Positions 1 to 10,823 of a DNA stretch of 64,000 bases are shown in pieces. The position numbers and the translations under genes were made by a program. The DNA is from Macrostomum hystrix (Eukaryota > Animalia > Platyhelminthes). How positions within the stretch are numbered: position 1 is the first letter of the stretch; each line of letters begins with the position of its first letter. The notes beneath the pieces are model-generated. The model saw only the letters and a list, made by a program, of their open reading frames with translations, had not been told where the DNA came from and did no database searches. The stretch covers positions 7,254,001-7,318,000 of the forward strand of contig CATNEN010000039.1 in NCBI GenBank assembly GCA_950097015.1, read 5' to 3'.

Positions 1-132
1 AAGGGAGACTCATGGATATGGAGAGAAGAGATAGAAGCAATCTCGCAAGTAAACGGCGGGAGTAGCTGTTACTGAGAATAACACTATCCGACGCCTCGTC
101 ATCTAAGCAGTAGCTAACCCCTATGAGCTTAC

Positions 133-2056
133 TTCGGTGGGTAGGAATTGTCCGAGGCGCTGCTGGCGGTAGCCTCAGCCAGCTTTTTGTCGGCCTTGGC
201 CAGGACAGACTCGTAGCGGGCGAGCTCGGCTGACACCACAGACAGGTCCAGCAGGCGGCGGAGGCCGGCGTCGGCGCCGGCGTCGTTCAAATCGGAGCGC
301 AGAGCCGCGGCATGACGGCGCAGAGTGGCCAGGTGGGAGTTGCTGAGGTGCGCCGATAGGCGATCGGCCCGGTTGGCCAGGCGGACAATCTGGGGTGGTC
401 ATAGGTACACGCTTGACACAACTTGGCGACAATTTTGAGGAAACAGTCCAACCGTTACAGCAGTGGTTGTAGCCTAGTGGTTAGACTTCAGCGTCGGGTT
501 CATGACTAGAAGGCCCGGGGTTCGATTCCCGACTTTACTGGAACAGGTTATAATCTTCAGCAAGACACTTAACTTTGCTTTGCTTCAGTTCACCCGCTGT
601 TAAGTGGGTACCAGAATCAGTTAGGGTAATAAAGGGTGGGTGTGGCGTCCCCCCAGTCCATGGACTGAACAGCGGTATGCAGCCTTCAGATGTACTCCAT
701 TATTATTATTAATAATTAGTAGCCCAGAGACTTCCTAGGAGAGATCTAATCTCGAAGCCCAAAAAATATTTGCAGGAGGCTGCGGGCAATGGCACATCAT
801 CACAGCAATGGCACTTCCCGCAGCCAGCGAGGAAGTGATTTTGCCCATTTCGCTGACTCCTGAGCACACACGCACACAGATACTGCACGCAGGCACACAA
901 ACACACAGGTGTGTACATCTGCCCTGACTTTCTCATCGTCAGGCAGTGTACACTCTCACTGTGCCTTGGAGGTTGGCCCTCATAGGCGTAGATTCTACAA
1001 CAAGCCCCCAAGCCTTCTCTCAGCGGCTGCGCGCCACATGAATATTGTCCTCTCCGCGGAATCGAGCTCAGGGACCTTGGCGCGAGAGGTAAACGCGTTG
1101 CAAGCGCTCTGCCACTGACCCCCAACCTTAGCCCAAAGAAAACCGTTTGTGTCCTTTGGCAAGATTGTTTCAGTACACCTAGCATCAGCTGGGCTAGAAA
1201 TTTCGTTGAGTGTGGCGGCCACAGTCACCAGTCCACGGACTGGAGGCCCCTCGAATAGGTGTGCCTCTGCCACTGGCTTGCTGTAATTCCTACCGATCAA
1301 TTCCATTCCCTAGATTTTTCCACGCACCTCTCGCGTGATCAGGCTGGCCAGCCTTGAAAAGTATTTCTTGGCGGCCTTGGCGTTGCCCTCGGCGATGGAA
1401 TCAGCAAATAGGCGCTTGACCTGGTTCAGCTTGCCAACCAGCAGCAGGTTGATGCGCTGCTGGTGCACGGAGTCCAGCTGGTCGTGCTCGGCCTCTTCCT
1501 CGCGCTGGACGGACAGGAAAGAGCGATTGAACTGTTTTTCAACCTCGGCTAGGAGACGCTGGGCGCTGTCTGGGTCGCGCGAAGACAGGCCGAGAATGCG
1601 CGACTCGGCCTCCTGCAGCTCCTTCACCATGGCGCCTTCGCGAACAGCCTGCGGGATTGGTGGGCGGCTGAGGTTGTGGGTCTGGGAATGCTTTGAATAG
1701 TTTAGGGATAAATATGAGGGTCTGGGATTTTTAGGGGATAAAAATGAGGACCTGCAAAAATTAGTGGAAATATTTGAGGAGCTTGTGTTCTTAGGATAAA
1801 TCTTTGATTTTAGACTAAAGAAAATTATATTAAGGGTGGGAAAATATTTATATTGAAAGCCCGAGCCCCTACCTGATGATGCCGCAGGCCCCGCTTGGCG
1901 TCCAAGAAGCGCTCGTGTTCTGAGTGACCAGGCTCGGTGGGGACCGCCAGGTAGCGCTGGTAGCGGGCCTCGTCAGCGTCTTTGCCAAGGCCGAGCAGAT
2001 CGGAGGGAGACTCCAGTTCGAATGCGCGACGCTCGAATTCAGCGGCGGCGGCGTGG

Positions 2057-2088
<32 letters not shown>

Positions 2089-3364
2089 CTGGGCGGCGGC
2101 AGCTGCGGAAGCAGCAGCGTCAGCTCTCTTAGAAACTGAACGCGGCGGATCCACCTTCGGCGGGCTGGCTTCAATTTTTATCTGCAGGTTATGAAGGGCA
2201 AATATCATGCAGATTGTATGCACCTCTAGGGTTGGTAGGTGAGTGAGGCACATGGCCTGGCCCAGTGTACATCTGGGGTTGGCGGGTGAGTGAGGCACAT
2301 GGCCTGGCCCAGTGTACATCTGGGGTTGGCGGGTGAGTGAGGCATATGGCCTGGCCCAGTGTACATCTGGGGTTGGCGGGTGAGTGAGGCACATGGCCTG
2401 GCCCAGTGTACATCTGGGGTTGGCGGGTGAGTGAGGCACATGGCCTGGCCCAGTGTACATCTGGGGTTGGCGGGTGAGTGAGGCATATGGCCTGGCCCAG
2501 TGTACATCTGGGGTTGGCGGGTGAGTGAGGCACATGGCCTGGCCCAGTGTACATCTGGGGTTGGCGGGTGAGTGAGGCACATGGCCTGGCCCAGTGTACA
2601 TCTGGGGTTGGCGGGTGAGTGAGGCACATGGCGTGGCCCAGTGTACATCTGGGGTTGGCGGGTGAGTGAGGCACATGGCCTGGCCCAGTGTACATCTGGG
2701 GTAGAGAGTTTCTCACATCCGGGCAGCAGACGAATTCCACGGCAGCAAAATAGCCGGCACTCAGATAGTCGTTGCACGGCTGCAGAGGTGCGTAGCGATA
2801 CAGACGGGTCTTGCCAGCCACCTGTAAGCAGGCGGTCGTAGCGAACTTAAGCCAATAGTCGTACAGCTGGCAGGTGCCAGGTTCGCTGGCGTTGTGCTTG
2901 AACTGGCAGCCGCGGGGCACCAGCAGAGATGGACTCTGGAATGGGCCGGACAGGCATTCGAATGGGCGAACATTCATAATCGGACAGTCGGCGCCTGTGC
3001 GCCCATGCGCTCTGGTCAGGGGGCACCAGTTTTCGAAGGACTCGATTTCAACAGCCGGCTCAACATTGACAATCTGCCTGCCCGGATAGGCGCGTCGGCA
3101 AAGATCGCGGTAGGTGTCGGCGTCTTCCTCGGACGCGGGGCAGGCAGTGTCGAAGGCCGCCAGCTCATGCCAGCCGGCCTCCTCCGACCAAGCCTTTGCG
3201 GCGCGTCGGCGACCGTCGGAGCAGGCTACGGCGACGCGGCCGCGAAATTCGGCGGTTGACTTCGACCGGGGCGGCGCTGTTGGAGGCGACGGTGAGTCTG
3301 GGACGAGAGAGACAGCAGTGGAGGCTACCAGGGCCAGTAGCAATGCGCTGAGCATTGACCGCAT
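133..3364 (-). CDS. Amyloid precursor protein (APP/APL-1)-like gene, 5' part; exons 3364-2717, 2181-1873, 1648-1328, 389-133; continues beyond the left edge
   Basis: Signal peptide, then an E1 domain (..DLCRRAYPGRQIVNVE..ENWC..VRPFECLSGPFQSPSLLVPRGCQFKH..LQPC..AVEFVCCP). Exons 2-4 give an Ala-rich linker and helical E2 sequence (EHERFLDAKRGLRHHQ..MVKELQEAE..LDSVHQQRI). The first three introns are phase-0 GT-AG. TM and YENPTY tail are not in the window. Confidence 0.88.
463..712 (+). mobile_element. tRNA-derived SINE, family A (CORE-like central domain)
   Basis: A-box (TAGCCTAGTGG), B-box (GGTTCGATTCCC), central GCAAGACACTTAAC..CAGTTCACCC..GGGTACC, tail CAGTCCATGGACTGAACAGC..GCCTTCAGATG and (TTA)n. 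Several other copies in the window. Confidence 0.8.
772..1123 (-). mobile_element. tRNA-derived SINE, family B
   Basis: Minus-strand tRNA-like head GGGGGTCAGTGGCAGAGCG..GAGCTCGATTCCGCGG. The ~350 bp body recurs about ten times in the window. Confidence 0.8.
2229..2701. repeat. 47-bp minisatellite (~10 copies) in APP-like intron 1
   Basis: Unit CCCAGTGTACATCTGGGGTTGGCGGGTGAGTGAGGCACATGGCCTGG; period 47 (2261, 2308, ...). Confidence 0.95.
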
Positions 3365-3474
3365 GTTTTAAGTCTTTGTTTTGCGGTTAGGAAAAATTTC
3401 AATAGCAGAAATTCTAGTCACGAGAACTTCGCACTGAAACTTTGAAAAAAAATACTTTTCTTCAAAAATAAAGT

Positions 3475-4565
3475 GCTGAAAGAGTTGCTGGGGTGCTAGA
3501 ATACTTGCTGGGGTGCTAGAAGAGTTGCTGGGGTGCTAGAATAGTTGCTGGGGTGCTAGAATAGTTGCTGGGGTGCTAGAATAGTTGCTGGGGTGCTAGA
3601 ATAGTTGCTGGTGTGCTAGAAGAGAAGCTGGGGTTCAAGAAGAGTTGCTGGGGTGCTGAAAGAGTTGCTGGGGTGCTAGAATACTTGCTGGGGTGCAAGA
3701 AGAGTTGCTGGGGTGCTAGAATAGTTGCTTGGGTGCTAGAAGAGTTGCTGGGGTGCTAGAAGAGTTGCTGGGGTGCTAGAATAGTTGCTTGGGTGCTAGA
3801 AGAGTTGCTGGGGTGCTAGAAGAGTTGCTTGGGTGCTAGAAGAGTTGCTTGGGTGCTAGAAGAGTTGCTGGGGTGCTAGAAGAGTTGCTGGGGTGCTAGA
3901 AGAGTTGCTGGGGTGCTAGAATAGTTGCTGGGGTGCTAGAAGAGTTGCTGGGGTGCTAGAATAGTTGCTGGGGTGCTAGAATAGTTGCTGGGGTGCTAGA
4001 ATAGTTGCTGGTGTGCTAGAAGAGAAGCTGGGGTTCAAGAAGAGTTGCTGGGGTGCTGAAAGAGTTGCTGGGGTGCTAGAATACTTGCTGGGGTGCAAGA
4101 AGAGTTGCTGGGGTGCTAGAATAGTTGCTTGGGTGCTAGAAGAGTTGCTGGGGTGCTAGAAGAGTTGCTGGGGTGCTAGAATAGTTGCTTGGGTGCTAGA
4201 AGAGTTGCTGGGGTGCTAGAAGAGTTGCTTGGGTGCTAGAAGAGTTGCTTGGGTGCTAGAAGAGTTGCTGGGGTGCTAGAAGAGTTGCTGGGGTGCTAGA
4301 AGAGTTGCTGGGGTGCTAGAATAGTTGCTGGGGTGCTAGAAGAGTTGCTGGGGTGCTAGAATACTTGCTTGGGTGCTAGAAGAGTTGCTGGGGTGCTAGA
4401 ATAGTTGCTGGGGTGCTAGAATAGTTGCTGGGGTGCTAGAATAGTTGCTGGTGTGCTAGAAGAGAAGCTGGGGTTCAAGAAGAGTAGCTGGGGTTCAAGA
4501 TGAGTTGCTGGGATTCTGGAGAAGAGTTCTGGAGAAGTTGCTGGGATTCTGGAGAAGTTGCTGTG
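3475..4565. repeat. 20-bp minisatellite upstream of the APP-like start
   Basis: Unit AGAGTTGCTGGGGTGCTAGA, ~50 copies, degenerating at the right end. Confidence 0.95.
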
Positions 4566-5132
4566 GTGCTTGAACATTTGCTAGGCTGCTAGAAGCATTG
4601 TCGGTTGCCAACAAGGATTGCTACACTACTAACAGGTTTTTTATAGTTAATTTTATGCTGACTTTTGAGTATCTACCTGTTATTTCTGGTTACAAGAAAA
4701 TGAAGTAGAGTAAGTTAAATAAAATATTTTTCTCGTTTATTTGTTATTTCAATTCAGTTAAAGAACATCAGTTAAAGAATCATTAAAATAATGACTTCAT
4801 TTCTGGCAGAAGGAAGCAGAGAAAGCATCTATCGCATACTAACACGCACCAGTAATATCAATCATCAACCATTAAAAGGTGAAACTAAAACAATTGACAC
4901 AAAAAACTACTGAAGCTATATGAAATCTAAAATGTGTACATCATTTAATTAAAATATGTATAAAAAACACACTAAAAATCACGAATAGGTACTAACAGTA
5001 GTATTTAGTAGATACAAGACAAAATGTTTTCTATCATTTGAAATCAAAAGTGTCAAAATGATTAATGTGTTCAAGTGATGAATAGAAGGAATGTTGACAA
5101 ATTTTCAAAGGATTGTTTGGGTCATTAAATTA

Positions 5133-5374
5133 GGGGTGAGTGGCAGAGCGGTTAACGCGTCTGCCTCTCGCACCAAGGTCCCTGAGCTCGATTCCGCGGC
5201 TAGGCCACATTCATTTGGGGCGCAGCCGCGGAGAGAAGGCTTGGGGGCTTGTCGATGGGAAATTCAGGGCAGATGTACACCTGTGTGAGTGTGCTAAACG
5301 GAATGGGCAGAATCACCTCTTCGCTGGCTGCGGGTCCAGTGTCACCAACTGATGCGCGAGCAGCCCTCCTGCCA
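5133..5374 (+). mobile_element. SINE family B copy (internally deleted)
   Basis: Head GGGGTGAGTGGCAGAGCGGTTAACGCG..GAGCTCGATTCCGCGG and end GCAGCCCTCCTGC. Confidence 0.75.
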
Positions 5375-5393
5375 ATATAATGCATAGAACTAA

Positions 5394-8300
5394 CTAATGC
5401 CACAGCAACGCCAAAACGCCAGCAACAATGCCAATCACAATTAGGTAGAACAAGACGCCGCTATTGCTTTTTGAAGTAGATGCAACTGGCAATGGCCTGG
5501 TGGCTAGCGGGATTCGAACCCGGTCCCACACCGTGAGTATAGCCTCCCTGGCGCCCGGCCAAGCGTGCGGGCCCTGCAGTCTGTAGTGGTAGGGCAGGCA
5601 GGGCCCGAGCCACACAGCTTTGGCCAGGCGGGGGTCGCTTAGCAACAGGCGCAGCAGCTCAGGACGGGCGCCGAACTGCTCGTGAATCTCGTCCATGTAC
5701 GGGATCCAGTCAACCTGGGAGGCGCGGAGGTTGGGGGCTCTGATTTGCCATGGCAACCGTTTGATTAAATGATAGCAACCAATCAACAAAAGGGTAGCAA
5801 CCAATGTACAAAAGGGTAGCAACCAATGTACAAAAGGGTAGTGACCAGTGTACTACAGTGTACTAAAGGGCGGATAGCTCAGTCAGTAAGGTGTCGGACT
5901 CTGGATCAGATGGTCCTGGGTTCGACTCTAGAACTATTCGTGCAGCCTTTGGCAAGCTGCTTTGCCCTGATGTGCACAGTCTACTCAGCTGCAAATGAGT
6001 ACCGATATTTCGTCGGGTAATAATAATTCCGGCTGGCGTGGAATAAAGCAGTTCTGTGCGGCAATTAGGTGGTGTTTGAATGCTGCCGATATGTTTGGAA
6101 AAAAATAAATTCCATTGCTTACACGCGGCTGTCAACCGGTGTCCGAGAGAGCCGGGGAGTACATTAGGTGTGCAGTCCCCACCTGCTAGTGTGCTTGACA
6201 CAACTCCTGCACTGGCCCTTGGGTCTAGTGTCAATTATTATTATCATTACTATAGGGTTGCTACCAGATGCGCCGGACAAGTGGCCGCAAAAAATGAGTT
6301 TTTTCCTATACGTCTGGTCTATTTAGTTGCTAGGTTATTACCGTGTGATCCATTGGCTGCGACCCTGTGGTGCATTGTACACTGGTTGCAACCCTTTTGT
6401 ACACATAAAAAAAATTTTGTTTGGCTCGGCGCCAAGCCTTTTTCCCTACAGGGATGCACAGTCCAAACCTGTTATTAGCTTCCCACGGCGCTCTTGAGCC
6501 AAACTTTTACAGTTTCCGGCGCGTGTCAAGGAGCGTTGTGCGAAAAATTCAATAGGGTAGACCAGGTTACTGGTTACCAGACCAGGTTACTGGTTACCAG
6601 ACCAGTAATGCAGGTGGGTCAATGCAGACCAGGTTACTGGTTACCAGACCAGTAATGCAGGTGGGTCAATGCAGACCAGGTTACTGGTTACCAGACAAGG
6701 TTACTGGTTACCAGACCAGGTTACTGGTTACCAGACCAGGTTACTGGTTACCAACAAGGTTACTGGTTACCAGACCAGGTTACTGGTTACCAGACCAGGT
6801 TACTGGTTACCAGACAAGGTTACTGGTTACCAGACAAGGTTACTGGTTACCAGACCAGGTTACTGGTTACCAGACCAGGTTACTGGTTACCAGACCAGGT
6901 TACTGGCTACCAGACCAGGTTACTGGTTACCAGACAAGGTTAATGGTTACCAGACCAGGTTACTGGTTACCAGACTAAGTTACTGGTTACCAGACCAGGT
7001 TACTGGTTACTACACCAGGTTACTGGTTACCACACCAGGTTACTGGTTTCTACACTAGGTGGTTTCTACACCAGATACAGGTTTCCACACCAGGTTACTG
7101 GTTAGCAGACCAGGTTACTGGCTAGCAGACCAGGTTACTGGTTAGCAGACCAGGTTACTGGTTAGCAGACCAGGTTACTGGTTAGCAGACCAGGTTACTG
7201 GTTATCAGACCAGGTTACTGGTTTCCAGACCAGGTTACATAAAGAGCGAAAGAGCTCGAAGTACTCGAGAAAGCAACCGACCTGAATTGTGTGCCTCGGA
7301 CTCTTCACATATCTCTTAGCCATTGCTGTTCGCTTTGCATCAATATCGGCCTGCATAGCCGATGGTGACGCCAGTTTAACCTGGCCTTTGAACACCTGCA
7401 CCGCCCATCGAGACTGGCCTTCAGATATTGGATGCAGAGCGCCCAGTGGCTGCACATAGCCAATGAAGGCCAGGGTTGACGGCTGCAGCTGCGGCGGAAA
7501 CACGTACTTGAACAAATCCAGGCGGTTGTCAATCACCGAGATCACGTCCTGCGGCAGGAATGGGAACGAGAACTTGTAGCCCGTGGCAACGATAACAACG
7601 TCGACATTGTCTTCGAAAGTTCCGTCAACAAACTCACAGCCAGTGGCTGAAATGGCAGTTTAGTATTTTTTAATTAGCATGGGGGAATCGGTAGCAGGGT
7701 AGGTCGGTGGGTCAATGCAGGGTAGGTCGGTGGGTCAATGCAGGGTAGGTCGGTGGGTCAATGCAGGGTAGGCAGGTGGGTCAATGCAGGGTAGGCAGGT
7801 GGGTCAATGCAGGGTAGGTCGGTGGGTCAATGTAGGTATGTGGGTCAATGCAGCTTGGTGGGTCAATACAGGTCGGTGGGTCAATGTAGGTCAGTGGGTC
7901 AATGCAGGGTAGGTAGGTGGGTCAATGCAGGGTAGGCAGGTGGGTCAATGTAGGCAGGTGGGTCAATGTAGGCAGGTGGGTCAATGCAGGGTGGGCTGGC
8001 GGGTCAATGCAGGGTAGGCAGGTGGGTCAATGTAGGTAGGTGGGTCAATGCAGGTCGGTGGGTCAATGCAGGGTGGGTAGGTGGGTCAATGCAGGGTAGG
8101 CATGACCGGATAGCAACCAACCAGTGAACTGCTTCACGTCGGTTTTGATTTTCACGGAGCCGCAAATGATGCGGTTGGGCAGGTCGTCATTCACGGTCGG
8201 ATGGGCCGCCGTTGGTTCGTGTTCCGGCTCCAGCGAGTACAGCCTGTGATCTATCACTCGGTTCATCTCGCGGCGCATTGATGAGTTGAGCATAGACTCA

Positions 8301-8749
8301 GGCATGGAATAGGCCAGCTTCATTAGCCAGCGCTTGGTGATGGTTAGATCGAATGGCAGACCATTGTCCATGATGCGCTTGAATATCCAAGTGCCTCTGC
8401 GAGTGCTCAGAAACACCTGGCCAGGTGGGACAGAGACATTACAATTATTATATAAAGACATGTAAACAGACAGACAAACAATAATAATAATAATTCTTAC
8501 TAACGGGCACATTATGGCACATTATTTAATGTAATGATGCAGTGGCAATGCTGCTCACAACATAAAGACAGACAAACAAACAAAAAGAACAAACAGACAA
8601 AAAGATAGATACAAAGAGACAAAAAGACATAACTGAAAGACAGACAGACAGGCAGACAGACAGACAGACAGGCAGGCAGACAGACAGACAGGCAGACAGA
8701 CAGACAGACAGACAGACAGGAAGACAGACAGGAAGACAGACAGGCAGGC

Positions 8750-8806
<57 letters not shown>

Positions 8807-9698
8807 GGCAGACAGACAGACAGGCAGACAGACAGACAGACAGACAGACAGACAGGCAGACAGACAGGCAGACAGACAGGCAGACAGACAGACAGACAGA
8901 CAGGCAGACAGACAGGCAGACAGACAGGCAGACAGACAGGCAGACAGACAGACAGACAGACAGACAGGCAGACAGACAGACAGGCAGACAGACAGACAGA
9001 CAGACAGACAGGCAGACAGACAGACAGACAGGCAGACAGACAGACAGGCAGACAGACAGGGGTCAGCCTACCTGGGACGCCACTCTGCTGAGCTCCACAG
9101 CCAGGTCGCCGCCAGAGTTGCCCACGCCGATGATGAGCACTCGCTTGCCCTTGAAATTGTCGCCAGTGCAGTCCCGGTAGCTGTGGGGATGAAATATCTG
9201 GCCGCGAAAGCTGACATCCAGACCAGGGAAGCTGGCCATGTGCGGATTGGCGTGGTGGCCGACGCACACGAGAACAGCGCTGAAAGTCTCAGTGCGGACA
9301 ACTTCGGATCGATCGTCTCGCACTGTGACGCTCCATTGGCCAGTGGCGGTGAAGTCCGGAGTTCGTTCGACCCGTTCCACACTGTGACGAAACTGTACGA
9401 AGCGGTGCAGGTCGAATTGTTCGGCATAGTCCCTGAGGTACTGCTGTACGTGGCTATTGTGCATGAAATTCGGATAGGAGGCCTTGGGCGGGAAATCGCT
9501 AATAGCCATCATCTCCTTGCTGGTGTTGATCACGGTCGATCGCATCACGCAGGCCTGACCGTCGTCCTCTTCGCGGAAGCGCCACAGGCCGCCAATGTCG
9601 TCCGTCCGTTCAAAGCAGACAGGGTTCAAGCCCTCCTCTAAGCAGGCCTTTATACTGACCAAGCCGCTAACACCGGCGCCGATGATGCAAACACGCAT
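5394..9698 (-). CDS. Flavin-containing monooxygenase (FMO5-like), ~535 aa; exons 9698-9072, 8416-8122, 7646-7282, 5714-5394
   Basis: FAD-binding GAGVSG, FMO signature [16 protein letters not shown]-binding GVGNSG, VATGY motif, C-terminal membrane anchor. Splice phases 0, 1, 0 join into one open frame. Confidence 0.95.
5868..6250 (+). mobile_element. tRNA-derived SINE, family C, in FMO intron 3
   Basis: GGGCGGATAGCTCAGTCAGTAAG..GGGTTCGACTC head, CORE-like GGCAAG..CAGTCTACTCAGCTGCAAATGAGTACC, (TTA)n tail. Confidence 0.7.
6559..7238. repeat. 20-bp minisatellite in FMO intron 3
   Basis: Unit ACCAGGTTACTGGTTACCAG with variants. Confidence 0.95.
7694..8101. repeat. 19-23-bp minisatellite in FMO intron 2
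   Basis: Unit GCAGGGTAGG(TC/CA)GGTGGGTCAAT and shorter variants. Confidence 0.92.
8565..9060. repeat. (GACA/GGCA)n microsatellite in FMO intron 1
   Basis: Tetranucleotide array seen directly. Confidence 0.95.
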
Positions 9699-10823
9699 TA
9701 TGTGTTTCTAAACTACTAGCGACAGATTCAAATGGAGCCAGACATGCGAAGCATAAGACTGCTGCGGAGTTTTGTGAAGAGAAATGTGTAGGCTGATGTA
9801 CTTTTTAATTAACAGTAAAAATGCAAAAATGCAAGACAAGTTTTAAATACATTTCATGTATGTTGCCGACTTTTTATATAGATATTTTATTATAGTTTTG
9901 CGCAGAAACTGGAAAACTTTCTGCGTCATAACTTTGGCTTTCTAAAGAAACTGAAACTTCTTAAGTTGGCTGCATGAAAAAGAAATTATTTGTACTTTTT
10001 TTAAGTGAACTAGTGAATTATTTTTTTGCCTAGTGTATGAGGGACAACAGTGACAACCAGCCTGCGTTGATTAATAATTATTTTAAGTGCTCCAGACAAG
10101 TTCAAATCATAACTTGACGAGAGTTGCTGAAAGCAAAAAGACGGCTTGCCTTGAATTCTATAAAAAACCTAGTTAAAATGTTTTGCTATATTGTTATGCG
10201 ACTTCAAGAACGACAGTTTCGGACAGGAAGTAAAAGAAATAACTTTGCATAATACAATAAATATTTTTAATGAAACGATGAATACAGTTTATGGAGTGGG
10301 GAAGCGGTGCAGAAATGAACACACAGCTAGGCTCTGTTGTCTGCTTGGCGCATATATTAACATGGTCGTCGCGTTTTGCTTATTCTCTACAGCTTATGTT
10401 TTCCACATCAGGTCTGGGTATAGAACCACAGAAGATGAATAAATTTGAACAGAGAACTAGACTACTAAACATAGTACAGGGCGACACGAGCAATGTCGCG
10501 AGCCAACATACAGCCCTGAGCCAACCAATTGGAAAGAGAATCCTGAGTTTGTACCAGTTTTGTCACTATATATAAGTGCATCTGCTAGCTCGGAAAAGTT
10601 AATTAAGTCGACAAATTCGATGAATACGCAATGATTACAGGCCTGCTATAGAACAAAGCAGCTCTGAACAGGGCAATATTCAGCTAATGAAAATATATGC
10701 TTTATAACGAGTTGAAGGCTAGCTCATAGAGTGGAAACTTTCAAAGTACGAGTACATTGATGTCGATCTACATCCATTTTTAGACGAGTTTAGTGATTAT
10801 TCTAATAGGATTTGCTGTGTTTT

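Noticed and set aside
463-540. Functional tRNA genes at the A/B-box sites (also 5868, 15528, 39569, 48762)
   Set aside because: Each tRNA-like head runs into a shared SINE body and lacks a clean acceptor stem.
6622-7058. [11 protein letters not shown] repeat ORFs
   Set aside because: Translation of the intronic 20-bp repeat on the strand opposite FMO.
8512-9267. 251-aa CLSV-repeat ORF
   Set aside because: Microsatellite read-through in FMO intron 1.
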